From contig JAKLZA010000328.1 in NCBI GenBank assembly GCA_030704615.1, positions 1-17,240 of the forward strand: a DNA stretch of 17,240 nt, in the 5' to 3' direction. Position numbers and translations under genes: made by a program. The notes below the pieces were generated by a model. That model was not told the DNA's origin. It saw only the letters and a list, made by a program, of their open reading frames with translations, and searched no databases. The first letter of the stretch is position 1, and each line of letters starts with the position of its first letter. Origin of the DNA: Takakia lepidozioides. Its lineage: Eukaryota; Plantae; Bryophyta. Below, piece after piece: positions 10,454 through 17,240 of this stretch.

Positions 10454-10493
10454 GTGGCAGATCTCAAACTATAACTTGTGATGAGAAAGATAT

Positions 10494-11234
10494 ATGGCTT
10501 CATCCACCGCTGGCGTGATGAACACGTTCCACCTCCGTCGGTGGGTACGGGACCCAGATGCTCCATTATTGGAGGCCGGACTGCTCTTCCGCTTCGTATC
10601 ATTTCCAAAATCTAAGGGCTTCGTAGCTGTCCGCAGGTCATCGGCATCCAAGTCGTCCTCAGGTCCTCCTTTGCAAGGATGCCGTGCTTCCGGAACCGGA
10701 CGACTGCCCCTTTGGAGGCATCGATTATGCAATGTATTCGGCCACATCGGAGACATTGTTATCTGGTACACAGATTACAGAGAAGATACTGGTTCGATTG
10801 TGGAAACATTGGTGGCTTTTGAGTATATCGTAGGCCACTACGCCTTCGAGCGGGGTGACGATCTTGGTTTGAGGAGTCGTGGCTCCTGCGCATCCTCGAT
10901 TCCGATTTTCCCAGCTACGACGGTCACCCATGCAGAAGAAGGCGCACTGCTATGCTGTTGGCGGTGGAACTGGCCACTGAACGTGGGTGGACTCCATCGG
11001 AGAGACCTATTCTCCTCGAGGAGTGCGCTCTCTCTTCTCCATTGTATGGGGACATTCGCATTGGTGTGGACGACGACGAAAACGTGAAGTTCCATATTCG
11101 ATGGTGGTATGATTGAAGGGCAGGACATTGTGGTGAACATCACTAGGGGCGGTACAACGGCTGTTGCAATCGACTTTACATGGAGGAGCCCCAGGACTCA
11201 TGAGCTAGTTCTGAGAGCAGTCGAAGTCCATTGA
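10494..11234 (+). CDS. Hypothetical protein B (frameshifted), paralog of 9544-10338
   Basis: Frame-hopping translation: FARMPCFRN.DDCPFGGIDYAMY...GDIVIW...EYIVGHYAFERG...GGLHRRDLFSSRS...SIFDGGMIEGQDIVVNITRGGTTAVAIDFTWRSPRTHELVLRAVEVH*, with TGA at 11232-11234. Confidence 0.65.
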
Positions 11235-11265
11235 CAACGTGACTTGTATTCAGTAGGCACAGGGC

Positions 11266-11481
11266 TCAAGATTTGAGGGCACAATCAGCACAGTAGAGTG
11301 CGTGCTTCAAATGCAATTCATGTGGATCAATAAAAACCTCATGTGCCCTCTTTTTATTCATTCTGTGTCCATCGTTCCAGAATGCGTCATTGCTCATTTC
11401 GTTTGGGATTGGGGAGTGTGGTGTGAATTTTGCAAATGGCTGGTAGGCTGAAATGGGCCCCATTGTACAGAGCAGTACCAC
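11266..11481 (-). CDS. Possible small protein with His/Cys-rich C-terminus
   Basis: 71-aa ORF ending HEVFIDPHELHLKHALYCADCALKS, convergent with paralog B. No homology recognised. Confidence 0.2.
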   Translation of the reverse strand: MVLLCTMGPISAYQPFAKFTPHSPIPNEMSNDAFWNDGHRMNKKRAHEVFIDPHELHLKHALYCADCALKS

Positions 11482-11630
11482 CTACCATTCGCGAAACATT
11501 GCCTTTCAATATATAATTCTAAATAACATTGCCGAACCTCCTTCATCGGAGGTCTTTCCCCCTATGACCGTGGCTGGCACCCTAAACCCTATTCACCGCG
11601 GACACTCATTTCTGGAAAAATAGTGCTGCT

Positions 11631-11696
11631 GCTCATGTTTTTTCCACACTTACGACTCTGCTCATGGCTCATGCCGCTCATGGCTCATGGCTCATG
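11631..11696. repeat. GCTCATG short repeats
   Basis: Copies at 11631, 11660, 11667, 11676, 11683 and 11690. Confidence 0.85.
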
Positions 11697-11710
11697 AAAT
11701 AGCAGCCCCC

Positions 11711-12400
11711 TGTCACGACCATAGGGAACGGAGAGCAGGACAGGGAACGACTGTGGGGACAACACTGCAAAGGAACATGTCAGTTCACGGACGACGTTAG
11801 TGAGGGAAACGGTTGTTAGAGCCACGGGTAGGAAGATAAAGGAAGAAGCAGGGAATTTTGGGGGAGGATGATGATTCTTGGGGAGCACTTCTGGGTCATG
11901 CATGAGAGGAGATCGGGCGGAGAGCAAAGATGGAGAGCACGGTGAAGGAGGAACGAGGATTAGTAGATGCTTGTTATATGCAAAGCGATAGTGATATCGT
12001 AGAGCAGATTAGAGACACAATGGCTTCGGCCTGATACCTGGTAAATCATAATCTGATACTTATACGATACAATCACAATGTGTAGAGAGATCTGAGTGAA
12101 GCTGTGGAATGAATGGATGAGTTGATGGAATCCAATAGATGATGATGAAGGAAACTGATACTTAATTATCAATGGTAGGTAGCTAACATGAATGCCAAAA
12201 GGGAAACAAATAGGGAACACCCCCATGATACACTAGCTGTAGGTCATGACTGATTGTTCTGCGCGGGCTGAGTTCTTAGAGATTTCCAACTCTTCTATCT
12301 TGGAGTTTCCGCCTCTGATAGCGAAGGGATGGGTGAGTAAAAGCCGCGCGACATTGGCGACCATACTGGGGAACTGAGTCATGAACAACCAGATGTGACA
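11711..12400 (+). repeat. 5' LTR (690 bp)
   Basis: Starts TGTCAC and ends GTGACA (6-bp terminal inverted repeat), followed by a PBS-like sequence and coding sequence. The 3' LTR is outside the window; the predicted TSD would be CCCCC (11706-11710). Confidence 0.8.
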
Positions 12401-12416
12401 GGCATCTGGTGGGATC
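12401..12416 (+). promoter_or_regulatory. Putative primer-binding site
   Basis: GGCATCTGGTGGGATC lies immediately after the LTR. It loosely resembles the complement of a tRNA-Arg 3' end (from memory, not verified) and lacks the T of the canonical TGG. Confidence 0.4.
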
Positions 12417-13695
12417 ATGGTGGTTGGACCATTAAAGAATTGAAGTGAATCAAATTCCCTGTGGAACGAAGGAAGAAAGATTGTCCAAACAATTCTTTCA
12501 AAGGTTCTTGGAATTGCCAGACGGTTGTAAAGAAAATATTCTTAAGCGAGTGCATGATGCTGATCCGGAATGGGGTCTGGAGAAAGGAGTGATAAAGATT
12601 TATCAGGTAGCTGTAGTAGAGGAAGAGCACGTTGGTTACCCACGTTGGTTTATGTGATAGCATTGCTATCCATTAAGCGAGTAGAGTTTGAAGGCTGGGA
12701 AGAAAGAAATAAAGGTGAATGTTTATACTCATATGCATGAAGAGCTTGTACTGGTAAAGAATTGGATTCCAAAGGATATTTTGTGGATCAAACTCACACC
12801 AAGAACAGCTTTTCAGACTTGTTTGCCATATGGTTATATGGTAACGGAGACTTCAAGTATAGCCAAGGGTGCATTGAAGCTTGAAAGAAACCCAGGCATA
12901 TACGAGAGATTACAGAAGAGAGTTTTGGTTATTGCCACATTAAAAGAAATGAAAGACATGGGACATGAGTGATGAAAGAGAAGCTAGACGCCAGAGATAT
13001 TCAGCAAAAAGAGAGAAGCTATCTGAAAGCTAATTATCCATATCTTTGGGAGAGAGGAATAGACATAGGGGAATCATCTGGACCTCTCACACCATTAAGA
13101 TCACAGAGTACATCACCCATACGGAAGAAACTAGAGTTGGATGCCATTCCTTCTGTTTTCTTCGCAAGAAGATTATAAGGGAATTGGTACGAGAAGAAGA
13201 TCAATCACGAGGTGAAGGTGAAAGATCTGAGGTACATCCCTGGATAAAAGATTTGACAGAAATCTTTGATAAGAGTTGGCATGGAACACCAAAATCAGGA
13301 ACTCCAGTTTCTGAAGCGGAAGGTGAAGAAGGAGAAGAGGATGTGGCAGAGCCAACGGAGAGTTCAGACTCTCCAACACCATTACAGTTGAGTTACATGA
13401 GTGAAGAAGAAACCCAAGGGCAGAACTTGGAGGATGAAAACAGAGAGAAGAAATTGGAAGAGGAAGAATATGAAGAAGTAGACCCAACAGCTGAGGTTGA
13501 GACTACAACCAGGACATCCCAACCCGTTGGACCTGGATCAAGTGGAGCACTTGGATCACAGGCCAACGAAGGTGTGGTCGGCTCAGGGGGATCAGGCGGG
13601 CTGCTGGATCTGGCTCTAGGGGGACAGGGAGTGTGGGGGAAGTAGTGCAACTGAAGCTGGGAATACTATGAATATCGTGGGGCCGGAAGCAGGGA
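12417..13695 (+). CDS. Extra 5' ORF or long N-terminal extension of Gag (frameshifted)
   Basis: Abutting plus-strand ORFs 12445..12657, 12688..12972, 12969..13178 and 13046..13645 have protein-like composition, ending in an acidic/Gly-Ser linker. Confidence 0.55.
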
Positions 13696-15100
13696 GTGCT
13701 CAAGGGCCACCACTTGGTGGAAGATCCACCACAAAACAACAGGTCCAGAAGGACCAGCACCAGCAAGGGGGTGCCAGTACCTGTCAGTGGGCAGAAGGTA
13801 GGGCCACAGATGGCGTTACAACCAACACGGGCAAAACCACCCTTTCCAATATATTCAGGAAAACGGGATCCCGATGTACACATTAGCCAATTTGAGCACA
13901 TGTGTATAGTGAACAATGAGAATGGCGATGATGCCAAGATGAGATTGTTTCCTTGTTCACTTATCAAGAAAGCAAGTGAATGGTATGCAAGATTCCCTGA
14001 TAATCATTTCCTAACCTGGAATGGCTTGAATACAACATTTCGAAATAGGTTTAGGACAAGTAAAAACTGAAGATGAAGTGTATGGAAGTTTACACAGTTA
14101 AAGCAAAAGAAGCATGAAACTGTTGAGGAGTATATGGAAAAGATGGAATTGATGATGAAAAAGCTGGCTGCAGTACCGCACCGGGTTACAGAAGACTTGG
14201 TTTGTGAGTGGACTAAGACCTGAGTTGCAAAAGAAAGTGGATATGTTACCCCATAATACAGTGGAGGAGGCATTTGAAACTGCAAACAGGATTGAGCAAT
14301 TGGGAATGCTCAGGAGAGAGAAAAATGATGATGAGGACTCTGAGGATGAGTCAGATGAAGAAGAAGAGCAAGAACTAAAAAGGAAGAGTAAGAGAAAGGG
14401 AAGTTGAAGAGGGATAACTATGAAAAAATATTGGAAGAAATCTTGAAGAAGAAGTATGCCACAGAGGCTGCAACACATTGGAGGAAGGGTGTATGGTGTG
14501 CAAAGTGCCAGAATGAAGGCCATACCACCACAGAATGCCACGTGAAGAAGGAAGAAACACTGTACTATCTGTAAAATGGATAACCATTCTACTGAGAATT
14601 GTTACTACAACAGAAGGACAGCTACAAGAGAACTAGGCAAGTAAGGGTGCGCATCAGGTGCAGCCCCAGCCAAGAAGAAACAATGATCAGGACCACTATG
14701 GTAGGTCTGGTGGTTATAACAATGGCATGGAATGGAGAGGTAATTCAAGAGGGAATTACCAAGGAAATTCCAGAGGCAACTATCAGGGTAATCCAAGGGG
14801 GAATTACCAGCCCGCCGGGAATCAGGATTACAGAAATAATCCAAGAACAGACCAAGGGCGAGGACCCAATGGTGAAGAACTATGTTACTATTGTAATCAG
14901 CCAGGACATCGCAGGGCAGCCTGTTCATTCTGGATAAGACACCAGAATGAGATGAGAGCTCCTGTGAATGAGGGCCCAGTGGTGGCAGCTCACATGGTTA
15001 GGCCATGTGTTGTACCAGAAGTAAGTACAATGATAGTAACAAGAAGTAAAGCCAAAACTAATACCTCCAGTAGTAGAAGAAGAAGATGATGATGAAGGTG
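13696..15100 (+). CDS. gag: Gag: retrotransposon capsid domain plus three CCHC zinc knuckles (frameshifted)
   Basis: PFPIYSGKRDPDVHISQFE...RLFPCSLIKKASEWY...TWNGLNTTFRNRF. CX2CX4HX4C at 14497-14538, 14561-14602 and 14883-14924. GNSRGNYQ x3 repeat near 14739-14810. Confidence 0.88.
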
Positions 15101-15489
15101 GCAATGATATGCCTGAAGATGAAGAGAGACTTGGAAAGATGAGAAGGAACTGCACAAGGACAGTGGCAGATACTATAAGGGAAATGCAGAAGAGTACTGA
15201 TATTCATGTGGCAGATTCCTCTGATTCTGATGGAGAAGAAGAAGGGAGTGAGGAAGAAAGGAAGAAAAGAAGATGCAGACATGCAAAGTAATGAAGAGAC
15301 TTTGGCTGGAAGTAATATGCCAGACCAAAGCAGAAATTACCATTGGACAGTTATTAACAGTGGCACCTTATTGTAGGCATAGGCTGTATCAAGCAATCAA
15401 TCGAATTGCCCAGGAGACAGGAAACACAGACCTGAACAGCAAGGTGACCAGTTATAATGTGAAGCCGGAAGGGCGAGAAACAGTCATGG

Positions 15490-15900
15490 ACTTTGATGAT
15501 TCTATGCCAGTAATCCAATTGAGAATTGGGAGCACAGAACTAACTGATGTACTGATAGATGGAGGTTCTGGAGTAGTAAATATCATGACAGACCAATTAA
15601 GGAAGAAGCTTGGTCTAAGTAACATTGAAACCAGCCCCATTTACAGTAACAATGGCAGATCAAAGAAGTGTACAACCATTGGGATAATAAGAGAATTAAG
15701 ATAAGATAAAGAAGATGATCTTTATGATCACAGTAACTGTGTTGAAAATGGATGAAGTCATGGAGGCTTACTCCTTAATATTTGGACGTCCGTGGCTGAA
15801 ACAGGCCAGGGTATTCCATGACTGGAATTCTAGTTACTAACCGTGCATAATGGGATACACGAGATACAAATTACCACAAAGAAATCTAGTAGATTACCTG
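15490..15900 (+). CDS. pol: Aspartic protease domain (frameshifted)
   Basis: DVLIDGGSGVVNIM catalytic motif, and downstream YSLIFGRPWLKQARVFHDW flap/C-terminal motif. Confidence 0.88.
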
Positions 15901-16229
15901 CTACAAGAAGACCTCGAGGAGTCGAGAGAGAGTATGACTGGAAAGGACGATGGATGAGGACTGGAGGAGGAAGCAGGAGAGCTACCCTATTTGCTGCACA
16001 CCAGAGTGGGAGCAGGTTGCAGAGATTGCGGCTAAGGAAAGTCTAAGTGTTTGAGAGATATCTGCTGTGGTGTAGTGACAGCAACACCAACTGAAGAGGA
16101 AACTAGCATTTACCCATCACATTTCTATGAAGAAAGAGAAGAGAATAGAAATCCTAGAAGAACCAGCCACTGTGAGCTTACAGGATGAAGTGGGTGACTG
16201 GTTGGACAATCACAGCTGATGAGCAAGTG

Positions 16230-17240
16230 AGGGAAGTGAATGTGGGAACTAAAGAGGAACCGAGGATGGTGAAAGTAGGAGCTGATTTGGAGCCGGAGTT
16301 TTTGAGAAGCTAAAAGCTTGTTCATCAAATACAGAGATGTATTTGCTTGGAGCTATGAGGATATAAAAGGGATACCACCTGAAGTCTGTCAGCATAAGAT
16401 TGAATTGGAACCAGGGTCAGTACCAATCAAGCAGGCGAGGTACAGAATGAATCCCAACTACGCACAGAAGGTTGGAGGAGAAGAGATTAAGAAGTTGGCT
16501 GAGGCTAAGTTTATATACCCAATAGAGTATACAACTTGGTTGTCACCCATTGTGATAGTTCCCAAGAAGAATGGTAAACTAAGAGTATGTGTGAACTACA
16601 AGAAGCTGAATGCTTGTATGAAGAAAGATCCTTCCCTTTGCCATTCACAGAAGCAATAGATTAGACACTGTGGCAGGCCATGAGATGTACTCATTCATGG
16701 ATGGCTTCAGTGGTTATAATCAAGTGCAAGTGGCGAGAAGACCAAGGGGAAAACAGCTTTCATCACAGACTGGGGGGCTTATGCATACAAAGTCATGCCC
16801 TTTGGACTTTGTAATGCACCAGCGACCTTTCAGAGAGTGATATGGATCTTTTCATGAGTATCTGGATGATTCATGCAGGTATTCTTGGATGATTTCAGTG
16901 TGTACAGCTCTAAGAATGAGCACTTGCATAAATTGGAGTTAGTTATGTCTGGCCAGATGCAGGATGAGAGGTCTGGGCTGATGAATCCAGAGAAGTGTAC
17001 TTCTGTTGTGAACTCAGGGGTGCTTCTGGACACATGGTGGTAAGAGGGGGATTCTTGTGGATACCAGAAAGACAGAGTCCTTAAAGCATCTCCACCACCA
17101 GTGAATGTTAAAAGTCTAAGGAGATTCCTGGGCCAACCAGTAGGAGTGATCTACAGAAAAAGATTGTCAAAAAGGAAATGCCAAATAGCAGCACCATTGA
17201 CGCATACTCACTGAAAGAGAAAGGATGCAAGTGTTGACTG
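16230..17240 (+). CDS. pol: Reverse transcriptase (frameshifted; truncated by window end)
   Basis: [47 protein letters not shown], and FLDD at 16882-16893. Confidence 0.93.

Larger units (their letters stand above)
11711..17240 (+). mobile_element. Ty3/Gypsy LTR retrotransposon, 5' portion; likely non-chromoviral (Athila/Tat-related) type
   Basis: LTR, gag, protease and RT occur in that order with no integrase before RT. RT motifs [36 protein letters not shown] and VFLDDF are present. Composition switches abruptly to purine-rich at 11711. Confidence 0.95.

Noticed and set aside
1-11710. Assignment to a known DNA transposon class (CACTA, hAT, Helitron, KDZ) or giant virus
   Set aside because: No transposase, Rep/helicase, capsid or polymerase motif was recognised in the window, and element ends could not be established.
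11685-17033. Minus-strand ORFs within the retrotransposon
   Set aside because: Ser/Phe/Leu-rich antisense shadows of purine-rich LTR and gag-pol sequence.

Overview
Eukaryotic, probably plant, repeat-rich DNA with two parts. (A) 1-11710 is an unexplained, apparently mobile-element-like gene cluster marked throughout by one 22-bp palindrome, GGAAATGCGGYRCCGCATTTCC. About 46 copies are phased at 53 bp in an array at ~697-3172, ~12 copies lie at ~8553-9287, single copies sit in three introns, and one lies at the centre of an inverted gene duplication. The two arrays bracket a spliced gene (~3513-8391) that appears to encode an N-terminal ParB/Srx-like domain (FFVWDGNHR) fused to a C-terminal beta-class N6A/N4C DNA methyltransferase-like domain (motif IV-like DMIILDIPDG, motif I VLDLICGTG). 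Also present are a head-to-head pair of paralogous unknown genes (9544-11234) and an unknown ORF running off the left edge. (B) 11711-17240 is the 5' part of a Ty3/Gypsy LTR retrotransposon (690-bp LTR, putative PBS, long N-terminal extension, gag with three CCHC knuckles, protease, RT). All coding regions carry frequent 1-bp frameshifts, which may be long-read errors rather than decay. All family assignments are from motif recognition by eye, with no database search.
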